DNA of 64,000 bases from Frankiaceae bacterium. Its GTDB lineage: Bacteria > Actinomycetota > Actinomycetes > JADGOV01. Location of the stretch: positions 481 through 64,480 of the forward strand of contig JADGOV010000001.1 of NCBI GenBank assembly GCA_017882785.1, read 5' to 3'. Of the stretch, positions 16,436-26,854 are shown in pieces; position 1 is the first letter of the stretch, and every line of letters begins with the position of its first letter. Below the pieces are notes generated by a model. It had not been told where the DNA came from and ran no database searches. It saw only the letters and a program-made list of their open reading frames with translations. Made by a program: the position numbers and the translations under genes.

Positions 16436-17661
16436 GACGTCCTCCCAGGTGAGTTGTTGCCGTCGGCCGGCGGGGACGTGGGCGCTCCGTCGGGTGCCGC
16501 GCCGACGGGCTGCGGCTCGCCACCGTGCTCGCCGCTGTCGTCGCCACCGTGCTCGCCGCGCTCGCTCAGCTTGTTTTGAACGATCTTGCCGATGCCGTGC
16601 GCGCCGAAACCGACGGCGGTGGCGCCGACCACGAACAGTCCCAGCTTCTCGGCCGTGGCGTCGAGGCCCGCGGCCGCGACGTGCGGTAGCCGATCATAGA
16701 TCGGCGTAAGGTCGTCCCAGAAGGCTGGCTCTGAGCACCCCACGCAGCCGTGGCCGGCGCCGATCGGCCAACTGGTCGCACCGTTCCACCGCAATGTCGG
16801 GCAGTTGTGGAATGTGCTCGGACCCTTGCAGCCCATGCGGTAGAGGCAGTACCCGTTGCGGTGACCCTCGTCGCCCCAGTTCACGACGAACTGGCCGGCG
16901 TCGAAGTGGCCCCGGCGGGGGCAGTTGTCATGGATCCGTTGGCCATAGGCGAACAGCGGTCGGCCCTTGTCGTCCAGCGCCGGCATCCCGCCGAAGGTCA
17001 GGAAGTGCACCACGGTCGCGGTGAGGTTGTCCACGTTGACCGGGCAGCCCGGCAGGTTGACGATGGGCACGTCGGTGATGATGTCGCCGACCGCCACCGC
17101 CTTTGTCGGGTTGGGGCTGGCCGCCGGGATGCCGCCGTAAGCGGAGCAGGTGCCGACGTTGATGATGGCTGCCGCGCCCTTGGCCGCGTTCCGCAGGATC
17201 TGCTCCGCCGACTGGCCGCCGATGGTGCAGTAGCCACCGCCAGCGCCCAGCGGGATGGAGCCCTCGACGACGACGATGTGGCCTCCGCGGGCGACTGCGG
17301 CGTCGCGAGCCGCCTCGGCCTGATGCCCGGCCGCCGCCATGATCGTCTCGTGGTAGTCCAGGGATACGGTGTCGAGGATGAGGTCGGCGACCGATGGATT
17401 ACGCGCCCGGAGCAATGACTCGGAGTCACCGGCACAGTCCTGGAACTCCAGCCAGACCATGGTCGGCGGCTTGGACTTCTCCAGGGCGGATGCAACCCTC
17501 GGTGCGAAGGTGGGGGGCAGCGCGAGCACGCCGGTGACGATGGCGCAGTACTTGAGGAACCGGCGCCGATCGATGCCACTGGCGAACAGTCGCGCGGCCA
17601 GGGTGTCCGCTTCCGGTGAGTCCACAGTGGCCTGCGCCGTTGCGAGTCGATCTACGCTCAT
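16432..17661 (-). CDS. hupS: [NiFe]-hydrogenase small subunit with Tat signal peptide and C-terminal membrane anchor
   Basis: Twin-arginine motif 'DRRRFLKY'. FeS-cluster cysteine motifs ('QDCAGDSES', 'GTCSAYGG', 'GCPVN', 'CPRRGHFDAG', 'CLYRMGCKGP', 'GCVGCSEP'). C-terminal TM 'LGLFVVGATAVGFGAHGIGKIV' followed by a 48-aa tail. ATG 17661 has a GGAGG RBS. Confidence 0.95.
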   Translation of the reverse strand: MSVDRLATAQATVDSPEADTLAARLFASGIDRRRFLKYCAIVTGVLALPPTFAPRVASALEKSKPPTMVWLEFQDCAGDSESLLRARNPSVADLILDTVSLDYHETIMAAAGHQAEAARDAAVARGGHIVVVEGSIPLGAGGGYCTIGGQSAEQILRNAAKGAAAIINVGTCSAYGGIPAASPNPTKAVAVGDIITDVPIVNLPGCPVNVDNLTATVVHFLTFGGMPALDDKGRPLFAYGQRIHDNCPRRGHFDAGQFVVNWGDEGHRNGYCLYRMGCKGPSTFHNCPTLRWNGATSWPIGAGHGCVGCSEPAFWDDLTPIYDRLPHVAAAGLDATAEKLGLFVVGATAVGFGAHGIGKIVQNKLSERGEHGGDDSGEHGGEPQPVGAAPDGAPTSPPADGNNSPGRTS

Positions 17662-17769
17662 GAATAGCCTCCTTCGGCCCAATAGTGGAAGCTAAGACCA
17701 GGCCGCCGGAAAGGCGGAGGGCCGAAAGTCCCCGGATTGTGTAGGCGCACGCCCCTCGGACCTTAACGA

Positions 17770-18240
17770 GTGAAACGGATGGGTTTCGCAATGTACCCTG
17801 CCGAGGTGCCGCATTCGGGAGCCGACGGGCCCGCCAGGCTGGCCGCAGCGGCTTACGCCGCCTACGAGCGGGTGAACGTGGAGGCCTTCCGCGGCGACCC
17901 GGTGGCGAACCCGCGGCTCGTCGTCGAGGTCATCGCCACCGACCTGGTCGCCGGCTGGCCCGCCCTGGTGCTGCTCACGCCCTGGACGCTGAACGGCCTG
18001 ATCTTCCCGGGGGACGCGGCCGACTCCGAGATCCCCCAGAGTCTTGAGATCGCCGGCACCCCCCGGCCGGTCTTCCTCATCACCATGCCCGACCTGCCGC
18101 GGCACGCCTCGGTGAACCTCGTCGGTGACGTGTCCCGCTGGAGCAGCCCGGAGCAGGCGCGGACCGTGGCGCGGTCTTTTGTGGCCCCCTTCATGGCCGC
18201 TGTCGCGGTCGCCCTGCCGGGGTTCGAGGAGCCTGCGTGA
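17770..18240 (+). CDS. Putative [NiFe]-hydrogenase assembly chaperone (HybE-like)
   Basis: 156 aa. 'ALVLLTPWTLNGLIFPGD' resembles the HybE family core as I recall it. Divergent from hupS and immediately upstream of hypF, with an overlapping stop/start. Confidence 0.5.
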   Translation: MKRMGFAMYPAEVPHSGADGPARLAAAAYAAYERVNVEAFRGDPVANPRLVVEVIATDLVAGWPALVLLTPWTLNGLIFPGDAADSEIPQSLEIAGTPRPVFLITMPDLPRHASVNLVGDVSRWSSPEQARTVARSFVAPFMAAVAVALPGFEEPA

Positions 18241-20606
18241 CCATGGCCGGCCGGCGGCCGGCGCACATCACCGCGCACATCGAGGTGAGTGGGACCGTGC
18301 AGGGGGTCGGCTTCCGGCCCTTCGTGTATCGGTTGGCAGGATCCTTGGGCCTGGACGGGACCGTCCGCAACGACGGTGGTCAGGTGCTCATCGACGTCGC
18401 CGGTTCACCGAGCGCCGTCGAGGACTTCCTCCGCCGGCTTTCCGCCGAGGCCCCGCCCGCGAGTCGGGTGCGGGAGGTGCGGGTCGACCCGGCGCCGGCC
18501 GTCGTCGCGGCCGCGGGAACAGCGGTTCCCGGCGGGCTGCCGTCCGGTTTCCACGTCCTGCCCAGTACCGGGGGACTCACGGGACCCAGCGGGCCCAGCC
18601 GGGACATCCCGCCCGACCTGGCGGTCTGTGGCCCCTGCGTGACGGAACTGTTCGAGCCGGCCGACCGGCGCTTCCGCTACCCCTTTCTGAACTGCACAGA
18701 CTGCGGGCCGAGAGCGACAGTCATCGCCGACCTGCCCTACGACCGCAGCCGCACCGCGATGGTCGGTTTCCCGCTCTGCCCACCCTGCGCCATCGAGTAC
18801 GCCGACCCCGGTGACCGCCGCTTCCACGCCGAGCCGGTGGCCTGCCCCACGTGCGGTCCCCGGCTGAGCTGGCAGCAGGCGGATGGCGCAACGGGCCCCG
18901 TCGGTGAGGCCGCCCTGCAGGTCGCGGAGGCGGCCATCGCCGCCGGGGCGGTCGTCGCCGTCAAGGGCCTCGGTGGCTACCAGTTGGTGTGCGACGCGGC
19001 TGCCGAGGACACCGTCCGCCGACTCCGGGGGCGCAAGCACCGCCCGTCAAAGCCCTTCGCGGTGATGGTGCCCGATCTCGCGACCGCGACCCGGTTGGCC
19101 CATGTGGAGGGGAGTGAGGGGGCGCTGCTGACATCGGTGGCCCGCCCGATCGTTCTGCTGGGCCGCCGCCCCGGCCGGGACGAGCTCGCTCCGTCGGTGC
19201 ATCCGGGGTTGCGCGAGGTCGGCCTGTTCCTGCCGACCACACCCCTGCACCACCTTCTGCTGGCCGACCTGGGGCGGCCGTTGGTCGTGACCAGCGGCAA
19301 CCTGGCCGAGGAGCCGATCAGGGTCGAGGATGCGGACGCACTGCGCCGGCTGGCGGGCGTCGCCGAGGGGTTCCTGCACCACGACCGCCCGATCCTCGCG
19401 CGCTATGACGACTCGGTCGCCCGGGTCGTCGCCGGGCGAACCATGCTGCTCCGGCGCGCCCGCGGCTATGCTCCGGCCGCCCTGACGTTGCCGATCGGCG
19501 CCCCCGAACCGGTGCTCGCCGTCGGCGCCGAGCTCAAGCACACTTTCACCTTGGCGACCGGTTCCCGGGCGGTGGTAGGGCCGCATGTCGGTGATCTCGA
19601 GGACGCCGACTCGCTCGATGCCTTTCGCGGCAACCTCGACCACCTCGCTCGGGTCGAGGGAGTCGCACCGGCGGTGGTCGCCCACGACCTGCACCCCGGC
19701 TATCTCTCCACACAGCACGCCCGCGGGCTGCCGGGGGTCCGGCTCATCGGCGTGCAACACCACCACGCCCACGTTGCGTCCTGCGCCGCCGAGCACGCGG
19801 TGGCCACCCGCTTCATCGGGGTGGCCTACGACGGGCTCGGGCTCGGCGAGGACGGGACGCTCTGGGGAGGCGAGGTGCTGCTGGCCGATCTTCGCGGCTA
19901 CCAGCGATACGGCCGATTCTCCCGGGCCCCGCTGCCGGGCGGCGCGGCGGCCGTCCGGCATCCGGCCCGCACCGCCTTGGGCTATCTGCTGGGCGCTGAG
20001 GACCTGGGCGGCGCGCCACCCCCGCCGGCCGCGGTGACCGAGCTCACCGAGGCCATCGGCGAGCCTGCGGCGAGCACGGTGCGGGTCATGCTGGCTAGCG
20101 GCATCAACAGCCCGCTGGCCAGCAGTGCCGGCCGGTGCTTCGATGCCGCCGCGAGCCTGCTGGGACTGGCCGCCGGGCCGATCAGCTATGAAGGCGAGGC
20201 GGCCGTCCGCCTGGAGCACGCCGCCGACGGGGAGGGGTCCGCGGCGCTGCCGTGGCGGCTCCTCCGCCGCGACGGACTGCTGGTGTACGACGCCGCCGGT
20301 ACGCTGTCCGCGCTGGCCGCGCTGCGGCAGGCGGGGGCCCAGCCGGGTCACCTGGCTGCGGGGTTCCACCAGGCCGTCATCGAGGTTACGGTGGCGCTGG
20401 TGACGGAGGCCGCCGCGGAAACGGGGCTGGACGTCGTGTGTCTCTCCGGCGGCGTGTGGCAGAACCGCCGGCTGACCGCGGCGGTGCTGGCCGCGCTCGC
20501 CGGGCAGGGGCTCACGGCGCTGGTGAACGAACAGGTGCCGGTCAACGACGGCGGCATCAGCTACGGCCAGGCGGCGATAGCCGCCGCCCGGCTGGCGAGG
20601 GAGTGA
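18237..20606 (+). CDS. hypF: Carbamoyltransferase HypF
   Basis: 789 aa with an acylphosphatase-like domain ('[14 protein letters not shown]'), two zinc-finger motifs ('CGPCVTE...CTDCGPR', 'CPPC...CPTCGPR'), a YrdC-like domain and a Kae1-like domain. Confidence 0.95.
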   Translation: MTMAGRRPAHITAHIEVSGTVQGVGFRPFVYRLAGSLGLDGTVRNDGGQVLIDVAGSPSAVEDFLRRLSAEAPPASRVREVRVDPAPAVVAAAGTAVPGGLPSGFHVLPSTGGLTGPSGPSRDIPPDLAVCGPCVTELFEPADRRFRYPFLNCTDCGPRATVIADLPYDRSRTAMVGFPLCPPCAIEYADPGDRRFHAEPVACPTCGPRLSWQQADGATGPVGEAALQVAEAAIAAGAVVAVKGLGGYQLVCDAAAEDTVRRLRGRKHRPSKPFAVMVPDLATATRLAHVEGSEGALLTSVARPIVLLGRRPGRDELAPSVHPGLREVGLFLPTTPLHHLLLADLGRPLVVTSGNLAEEPIRVEDADALRRLAGVAEGFLHHDRPILARYDDSVARVVAGRTMLLRRARGYAPAALTLPIGAPEPVLAVGAELKHTFTLATGSRAVVGPHVGDLEDADSLDAFRGNLDHLARVEGVAPAVVAHDLHPGYLSTQHARGLPGVRLIGVQHHHAHVASCAAEHAVATRFIGVAYDGLGLGEDGTLWGGEVLLADLRGYQRYGRFSRAPLPGGAAAVRHPARTALGYLLGAEDLGGAPPPPAAVTELTEAIGEPAASTVRVMLASGINSPLASSAGRCFDAAASLLGLAAGPISYEGEAAVRLEHAADGEGSAALPWRLLRRDGLLVYDAAGTLSALAALRQAGAQPGHLAAGFHQAVIEVTVALVTEAAAETGLDVVCLSGGVWQNRRLTAAVLAALAGQGLTALVNEQVPVNDGGISYGQAAIAAARLARE

Positions 20607-20611
20607 TCGAT

Positions 20612-20884
20612 ATGTGTCTCGGTGTACCGGGCGCGGTGCTGGACATCGATCCGGACGAGCGGCTGCCGATGGGCACCGTGGACTTCGGCGGCCTGCGCAA
20701 AGAGGTCTGCCTGGCCTACGTCCCCGATGTGCAGGTCGGCGACTACGTCATCGTGCACGTCGGCTTCGCCATCGCCCTGGTGGACGAGGCGGAGGCGCAT
20801 CGCACCCTGGAGGTGCTGCGGGCGATGGGCGAGGGTGCGCTGGCGACCGAGCTCGGCGTCGACGTGGCGGAGTTGGCGCGGTGA
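20612..20884 (+). CDS. hypC: Hydrogenase assembly chaperone HypC
   Basis: 90 aa starting 'MCLGVP', the HypC/HupF signature. The ORF-track entry at 20252 is an upstream fusion in the same frame. Confidence 0.9.
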   Translation: MCLGVPGAVLDIDPDERLPMGTVDFGGLRKEVCLAYVPDVQVGDYVIVHVGFAIALVDEAEAHRTLEVLRAMGEGALATELGVDVAELAR

Positions 20885-22044
20885 AGTACCTCGACGAGTA
20901 CCGGGATCCTGTGCTGGCCCGCAGCCTGCTGGCGGAGATCCACGCCACGGTCACCACGCCCTGGGCGGTCATGGAGGTCTGCGGCGGCCAGACGCACACC
21001 ATCGTCCGTCAGGGTATCGACGAACTGCTGCCGGCCGGGCTGCGGATGATCCACGGGCCGGGGTGCCCGGTCTGCGTGACCCCGCTTGAGATGATCGACC
21101 GGGCGCTGGCCATCGCCGCCCGGCCGGGGGTGCTGTTCGCCAGCTACGGCGACATGCTGCGGGTGCCCGGGTCGGAGACCGACCTGCTTGCGCTCAAGGC
21201 GCGCGGCGCCGATGTTCGGGCTGTCTACTCCCCGATGGACGCGGTTCGGCTGGCAGTCGCCGCACCGGAGCGGGAAGTGGTCTTCTTCGCCGTCGGCTTC
21301 GAGACCACCGCCCCGGCGAACGCGATGGCCGTCCTGGCCGCACACGACCGCGGGCTGCGCAACTTCAGCATGCTGGCCTCCCACGTGTTGGTTCCGCCGG
21401 CGATGGAGGCTGTGCTGGACTCACCGGAAGCGCAGGTCGACGCCTTCCTGGCGGCCGGGCACGTCTGCGCGGTGATGGGCTGGCGCGAGTACGAACCAAT
21501 CGCGGCTGCCCGCGGCGTACCGATCGTGGTGACCGGCTTCGAGCCGCTGGATCTGCTGGAAGGGATCCTGATGGCTGTTCGCCAGCTCGAGGAGGGCCGA
21601 GCGGAGGTGGAGAACCAGTACGTCCGGGCCGTCCACCGCGACGGGAACGCCGCCGCGCAGGACGCGATGCGGCGGGTGTTCGCCGTCACCGACCGGGGCT
21701 GGCGGGGGATCGGCACGATCCCGGCCAGCGGCCTGCGGATCGTGGATGCCTTTGCCTTCTACGACGCCGAGCGGCGTTTCGACGTCGGGGGCATCACGGC
21801 CGTCGAGTGCCCCGAGTGCATCGCCGGGCAGATCCTGCAGGGCACCGCGCTGCCGACGGACTGCAGCGCGTACGCGATCCGGTGCACGCCCCGAGCCCCG
21901 CTCGGCGCGCCCATGGTGTCCAGCGAGGGGACCTGCGCCGCGTTCTTCAATGCGGGACGACGCCGGGAGCCGGCCGCCTCGCCGGCGGCCGAGGAGCTGG
22001 CTGGCACGGTGCCGGCGGCGGGCGCTCGCGTGGGGTCCGGGTGA
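20881..22044 (+). CDS. hypD: Hydrogenase maturation factor HypD
   Basis: GTG start overlaps the hypC stop. 'KYLDEYRD' N-terminus and the 'CGGQTHT', 'GPGCPVCVT' and 'CPEC' motifs typical of HypD. Confidence 0.9.
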   Translation: MKYLDEYRDPVLARSLLAEIHATVTTPWAVMEVCGGQTHTIVRQGIDELLPAGLRMIHGPGCPVCVTPLEMIDRALAIAARPGVLFASYGDMLRVPGSETDLLALKARGADVRAVYSPMDAVRLAVAAPEREVVFFAVGFETTAPANAMAVLAAHDRGLRNFSMLASHVLVPPAMEAVLDSPEAQVDAFLAAGHVCAVMGWREYEPIAAARGVPIVVTGFEPLDLLEGILMAVRQLEEGRAEVENQYVRAVHRDGNAAAQDAMRRVFAVTDRGWRGIGTIPASGLRIVDAFAFYDAERRFDVGGITAVECPECIAGQILQGTALPTDCSAYAIRCTPRAPLGAPMVSSEGTCAAFFNAGRRREPAASPAAEELAGTVPAAGARVGSG

Positions 22045-22051
22045 CATCCCG

Positions 22052-23113
22052 GTGACAGTGGCCGATCCGCTCCAAGCGGCCTGCCCGGTCCCGTTCGCCG
22101 AAACCGAGCGAGTGCTGCTCGGGCACGGATCCGGCGGTCAACTCTCTGCCGAACTGCTGCGCGAGCTCATCGTGCCGGCGCTGGATCCCGCCGGGGATCG
22201 GGCCGTCCTCGAGGACGCCGCAGTGATCCAGTTGGACGGCGTGACAGCCGTGATCAGCACCGATGCGTTCGTGGTGAAACCGATCGTGTTTCCCGGCGGC
22301 GACATCGGGGCGCTGGCTGTCCACGGCACGGTGAACGACCTGGCGATGATGGGCGCACAGCCGCGGGCGCTCACCCTGTCCCTCGTTGTCGAGGAGGGCC
22401 TGCCGCTGGAGGAGCTGCGCCACGTGCTCCGCTCCGCCGGCGCCGCCGCGGCCGCGGTCGGCGTGCCAATCGTCAGCGGGGACACCAAGGTTGTGAACCG
22501 CGGTGCGGCCGACGGCCTGTTCGTCACCACCACCGGCGTGGGGGTCCGGACCCCTGACGCGACCCCGTCGGCGACCCGTGGTCGCCCTGGTGACGTGGTC
22601 GTCCTGTCCGGGCCGATCGGCCTGCACGGCACGGCGATCCTCAGCGCCCGGGAGGGCCTGGGTTTCAGCTCGGACATCGCCTCTGACACCCGACCCCTGC
22701 ACCGGCTCGTCCAGCGGATGGTCGAGGTCGGCGGCTCCGCGGTGCACACCCTGCGGGATCCGACGCGTGGCGGCGTGGCCTCGGTGCTCAACGAGCTCGC
22801 CGAGGCCGCCGGGGTCGGTGTGGAGCTGGACGAGGCGGCGCTGCCGGTGCCGGACATCGTGCGCGCGGCCTGCGAGGTGCTCGGCCTGGACCCGCTGCAC
22901 GTGGCCAACGAAGGCGTGCTGCTGGCGTTCCTGGCCCCTGATCGGGCAGACGCCGTGGTGGCCGCGATGCGCGAGCTCACCGAGGGCGCCGGCACCGCCG
23001 TGGTGGGCGCGGTGGTGGCCGACCCACCCGGCCGGGTCACGATGCGGACGTTGCTCGGCTCTCGGCGCATTGTCGACATGTTGATCGGCGAGCAGTTGCC
23101 GCGCATCTGCTGA
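22052..23113 (+). CDS. hypE: Hydrogenase maturation factor HypE (carbamoyl dehydratase)
   Basis: 353 aa in the AIR-synthase-related family. Ends in the characteristic C-terminal 'PRIC'. GTG start at 22052 (or 22058). Confidence 0.9.
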   Translation: MTVADPLQAACPVPFAETERVLLGHGSGGQLSAELLRELIVPALDPAGDRAVLEDAAVIQLDGVTAVISTDAFVVKPIVFPGGDIGALAVHGTVNDLAMMGAQPRALTLSLVVEEGLPLEELRHVLRSAGAAAAAVGVPIVSGDTKVVNRGAADGLFVTTTGVGVRTPDATPSATRGRPGDVVVLSGPIGLHGTAILSAREGLGFSSDIASDTRPLHRLVQRMVEVGGSAVHTLRDPTRGGVASVLNELAEAAGVGVELDEAALPVPDIVRAACEVLGLDPLHVANEGVLLAFLAPDRADAVVAAMRELTEGAGTAVVGAVVADPPGRVTMRTLLGSRRIVDMLIGEQLPRIC

Positions 23114-23284
23114 GGCGGACGGCAGGCGCGAAACGCACGGGACTCCGGGACCATCGTCCCTGTTCACGGGCCTGCCTGAGCGAGGAATGTATGAGACGCA
23201 CGGGTGACAAGAACGGCGATAAGCGGCGATCCCGCAGACGCCGGCACCGTGCATCTACCGCAGTCCCACAAGGAGGCGTCAGCA

Positions 23285-24400
23285 GTGAAGGTCGGCATCC
23301 CGCGCGAGGTCAAGGATCATGAGTACCGGGTGGCAATCACCCCGGCAGGTGTCCACGAGCTTGTCCGTCATGGCCACAGCGTGTTTGTGGAGAAGGAGGC
23401 GGGCCTTGGCTCGTCTATCCCGGACAACGACTACATCGCCGCTGGCGCTGAGATCATCGGTATCGCCGATGATGTCTGGGCCGAGAGCGAGCTCATTCTC
23501 AAGGTGAAGGAACCCATCGCGTCGGAGTACCACCGGATGCGGCGCGGACAGTTGCTGTTCACCTACCTGCACCTGGCGGCCTCGCCGGCGTGCACCACGG
23601 CCGTGCTGGACAGCGGCATCACCTCGATCGCTTACGAGACCGTGCAACTCGAGGACGGCTCCCTGCCGCTGCTCGCCCCGATGTCCGAGGTGGCCGGCCG
23701 GATGGCCCCGCAGGTCGGTGCCCACCTTCTGGAGCGCGAGGCGGGTGGCCGCGGCGTGCTCATGGGTGGCGTCTCCGGCGTGCCCGCGGCCAAGGTCGTC
23801 GTGCTCGGCGCCGGTGTCTCCGGTATGAACGCCGCGGCGATCGCGCTGGGCATGCAGGCCGAGGTGCTGCTGTTCGACAAGAACATCGCCAAGTTGCGCG
23901 AGGCGGACCGGATCTACCAGGGTCACCTGCAGACCGTCGCCTCCAACCTCTACACCGTCGAGCGGGCCTGCCTGGACGCCGACCTGGTGATCGGCGCTGT
24001 TCTGGTCACGGGCGCGAAGGCACCGAAGCTGATCAGTGACGACCTGGTCTCCCGGATGAAGCCGGGATCGGTTCTGGTCGACATCGCCGTTGACCAGGGT
24101 GGCTGCTTCGAGTCCACCCGGCCGACGACGCACTCCGACCCGATCTTCCGGGTGGCCGACTCCACGTTCTACTGCGTGGCGAACATGCCGGGCGCGGTGC
24201 CGCACACCAGTACCTACGCGCTCACCAACGTGACGCTGCCCTACGCCGTGGAGATCGCAGACCGTGGACTGCGCGAGGCCGTACTGGCTGACCCGGCTCT
24301 GCTTCCCGGCGTGAACTCGGTCGACGGCCAGCTCACCTGCGCGCCTGTCGGCGAGGCAAACGGCATCGAGAGCGTCGAGGCGCTCAGCGTGCTCGTGTAG
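23285..24400 (+). CDS. ald: Alanine dehydrogenase
   Basis: 'VKVGIPREVKDHEYRVAITPAGV' N-terminus and NAD-binding 'VVVLGAGVSGMNAA'. 371 aa from the GTG at 23285. Confidence 0.9.
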   Translation: MKVGIPREVKDHEYRVAITPAGVHELVRHGHSVFVEKEAGLGSSIPDNDYIAAGAEIIGIADDVWAESELILKVKEPIASEYHRMRRGQLLFTYLHLAASPACTTAVLDSGITSIAYETVQLEDGSLPLLAPMSEVAGRMAPQVGAHLLEREAGGRGVLMGGVSGVPAAKVVVLGAGVSGMNAAAIALGMQAEVLLFDKNIAKLREADRIYQGHLQTVASNLYTVERACLDADLVIGAVLVTGAKAPKLISDDLVSRMKPGSVLVDIAVDQGGCFESTRPTTHSDPIFRVADSTFYCVANMPGAVPHTSTYALTNVTLPYAVEIADRGLREAVLADPALLPGVNSVDGQLTCAPVGEANGIESVEALSVLV

Positions 24401-24527
24401 TTCGAGTTCCCTTCCGTTTCTTCGGGTTCCTTTCTGTTCTTCCCTCTCGGCGGCAGTCGGGCGGTCGCCACACCGGCGCACCGCCCGATCCCCGCCGTGT
24501 CCTCCGCTTGTCTCACAGGAGACCTTC

Positions 24528-26072
24528 GTGACGTCCAACGCAGCTACCAAGCCCGCAGAAATCGGTGATCCGCTCACCGACGACCTGCACCGGGGTCTCA
24601 AGTCCCGGCATATCCAGATGATCGCTATCGGCGGCGCCATCGGCGTCGGCCTCTTCCTCGGCTCCGCGACAGCCATCCAGAAGGCCGGTCCGGCGCTCCT
24701 GCTCAGCTACGCGGTCGCCGGCGTGGCGATCTTCTTCATCATGCGTGCCCTCGGCGAGCTCATGCTCTACCGACCGGTGTCCGGTTCCTTCGCCACCTAC
24801 GCCGACGAGTTCATCGGCAAGTGGGCCGGCTTCGCCACCGGCTGGACCTACTGGTCGATGTGGATCGTCACCGCGATGGCCGAACTCACGGCCGTCGGCA
24901 TCTACATGAACTTCTGGTTCCACATCCCACAGTGGCTACCGGCACTGGTTGCGCTGGTCGTGCTGTACATGCTCAACCTGATTGCTGTTCGGCTCTTCGG
25001 CGAGATCGAGTTCTGGTTCGCCATCGTCAAGGTGCTCACCATCGTCATGATGATCGTGATCGGCGTCGGCATCCTCATCTTCGGGTTCAGCAAGATCGGC
25101 GACACCGCGAGCGTCAGCAACCTGTGGAGCCACGGCGGCTTCTTCCCCAAGGGCATCACCGGCCCGTTGCTGGCCCTGCAGATGGTCGTCTTCGCCTTCC
25201 TCGGCGTGGAACTCATCGGTGTGACCGCCGGCGAGGCCGAGAACCCGGAGCGGGCCATTCCCAAGGCTGTCAACCAGGTGATCTGGCGGATCGGCATCTT
25301 CTACATCGGCGCCCTGACCGTCATCTTCTCCCTGCTTGCCTGGACCAACCTCGACGGCAAGACCAGCCCCTTCGTCTACGTCTTCGAGAACATCGGCATC
25401 CCCGCCGCCGCCGGCATCATCAACTTTGTGGTGCTCACGGCCGCCTTGTCCTCCTGCAACAGCGGCCTGTTCTCCACCGGCCGGATGCTCTTCGCGCTGT
25501 CCCGTCAGGGTCAGGCCCCCAAGGCGCTGGGTCGTGTGGGTAGCCGCGGCGTGCCGTCGAACGCGCTGCACGTGTCCTTCGCCGTCCTGCTCCTCGGCGT
25601 CGTGCTCAACTACCTCGTGCCGGAGAAGGCCTTCATCTATGTCACCAGCATCGCCACCGTCGGCGCGCTGTGGGTGTGGGGCGTCATCATGGTGTCGCAC
25701 CTGCGTTACCGCAAGGCCGTGGCCGCGGGCACCGTCCCGGCCAGCACGTTCCGGATGCCAGGAGCGCCCTACAGCAACTATGGGGTCCTGGGCTTCCTGG
25801 GCCTGGTCTTCATCCTGCTCGGCTTCGACGCCAGCAACCGGATCGCGCTCTACGTTGCCTTCCCCTACGCCGGCCTCCTGGCCATCGGGTACATGCTGAG
25901 CCGAAAGCACAACCGAGTGCCGGCTGTCAGCGTCAGCCCGGTGATCATCGACAGCGTGAGTGTCGAGGACGTGAGTGGCGAAGAAGTGAGTGTCGAGGAC
26001 GTGATTCCTGACCACGTGGAAGTCTTCCTTGCGCAGAACGCGGACCGCGTGCTGGAGGGCGCCGTGCACTGA
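24528..26072 (+). CDS. APC-superfamily amino-acid permease (AroP/CycA/GabP type) with an acidic repeat-containing C-terminal extension
   Basis: 'GLKSRHIQMIAIGGAIGVGLFLGSA' signature, 12 TM helices, and about 45 extra C-terminal residues ('SVSPVIIDSVSVEDVSGEEVSVEDVIPDHVEV'). 128 bp downstream of ald on the same strand. Confidence 0.85.
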   Translation: MTSNAATKPAEIGDPLTDDLHRGLKSRHIQMIAIGGAIGVGLFLGSATAIQKAGPALLLSYAVAGVAIFFIMRALGELMLYRPVSGSFATYADEFIGKWAGFATGWTYWSMWIVTAMAELTAVGIYMNFWFHIPQWLPALVALVVLYMLNLIAVRLFGEIEFWFAIVKVLTIVMMIVIGVGILIFGFSKIGDTASVSNLWSHGGFFPKGITGPLLALQMVVFAFLGVELIGVTAGEAENPERAIPKAVNQVIWRIGIFYIGALTVIFSLLAWTNLDGKTSPFVYVFENIGIPAAAGIINFVVLTAALSSCNSGLFSTGRMLFALSRQGQAPKALGRVGSRGVPSNALHVSFAVLLLGVVLNYLVPEKAFIYVTSIATVGALWVWGVIMVSHLRYRKAVAAGTVPASTFRMPGAPYSNYGVLGFLGLVFILLGFDASNRIALYVAFPYAGLLAIGYMLSRKHNRVPAVSVSPVIIDSVSVEDVSGEEVSVEDVIPDHVEVFLAQNADRVLEGAVH

Positions 26073-26097
26073 CCGCGCATGGCGCGACGCAAGCGTT

Positions 26098-26129
26098 TGC
26101 GGGCCGGCACCACGGAGGTGCCGGCCGCA
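26098..26129. terminator. GC-rich hairpin (gcgggccggcacc-acgga-ggtgccggccgc) between the convergent permease and LamG genes
   Basis: 12-13-bp near-perfect stem with a 5-nt loop. Positioned to terminate transcription from both strands. Confidence 0.5.
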
Positions 26130-26170
26130 ACGCTGTGCGCGGATCGGCGCGGATCAGGAGAACCGGTCGA

Positions 26171-26854
26171 TCAGCCGATCCGCAGTGCCACCTCGTCCAT
26201 GTCGCCTGGGTAGGAGTGCACCCCGTTCGCCTTGCCGCCGAACAGCAGCGGTGAGGCATTGGCGATGCTGCCCAGCCCGGTGGTCGTGGTGGCTCGCGTC
26301 CTGCCGTCCACACTGATGGACACCGAGGAGGCGGTCCGGCGGCAGAGTACGGAGTGCCACCGGCCGTCGGCGATGTCGGTGTCTCGGGACTTCACCACGA
26401 CAGCCTTGCCGGTTCCGTCGACGAAGGTGCACCTTGGCTTGCCGACACCGCGCTGCAGAGTGCCGCCGAGCTCGACCTTGTACTGGCCGCCCAGGGTGGT
26501 CGCGCGGCCCTTCTGCAGCACGTTGTAGTCACCGGTGCTCAAGTTGCTGGGCACCCGCAGCCACATGGACACGGTGAAGGGCTTGGTGCCCGGGTCGAGC
26601 GCGGTCGCGTCCGGCACGGTCACCACGCCACCGGCGAAGTGGAAGGCGTGTCCGGAATAATCGGGCACGCCCGCAGTCACCGCACCACTGATCTGCCCGT
26701 TGTTGGCCGGGTTCGTGGCATCGTGCGCCACGGTCGCGCCAGCGGGCTCGTCCAGGTGCCAGAGACCTACAGTTGCCGGTGCCGCCTGCGCGCCGGCCGG
26801 CAGCATCAGGACGGCGGCAGCGGACGTGACGAGTACTGCGGAAGCACGCTTCAT
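26171..26854 (-). CDS. Secreted protein with concanavalin-A-like/LamG-type jelly-roll domain
   Basis: Signal peptide 'MKRASAVLVTSAAAVLMLPAGAQAAPA'. 'LWHLDE...GHAFHFAGG...FTVSMWLR...DGRWHSV...' matches the LamG/laminin-G_3 pattern, including the conserved Trp. Confidence 0.6.
   Translation of the reverse strand: MKRASAVLVTSAAAVLMLPAGAQAAPATVGLWHLDEPAGATVAHDATNPANNGQISGAVTAGVPDYSGHAFHFAGGVVTVPDATALDPGTKPFTVSMWLRVPSNLSTGDYNVLQKGRATTLGGQYKVELGGTLQRGVGKPRCTFVDGTGKAVVVKSRDTDIADGRWHSVLCRRTASSVSISVDGRTRATTTTGLGSIANASPLLFGGKANGVHSYPGDMDEVALRIG

Noticed and set aside
20252-20611. 210-aa ORF fusing an upstream Arg/Gly-rich segment to HypC
   Set aside because: HypC proteins start with the invariant MC- dipeptide. 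'MCLGVP' begins at 20612, right after the hypF stop, and the upstream part overlaps hypF out of frame.
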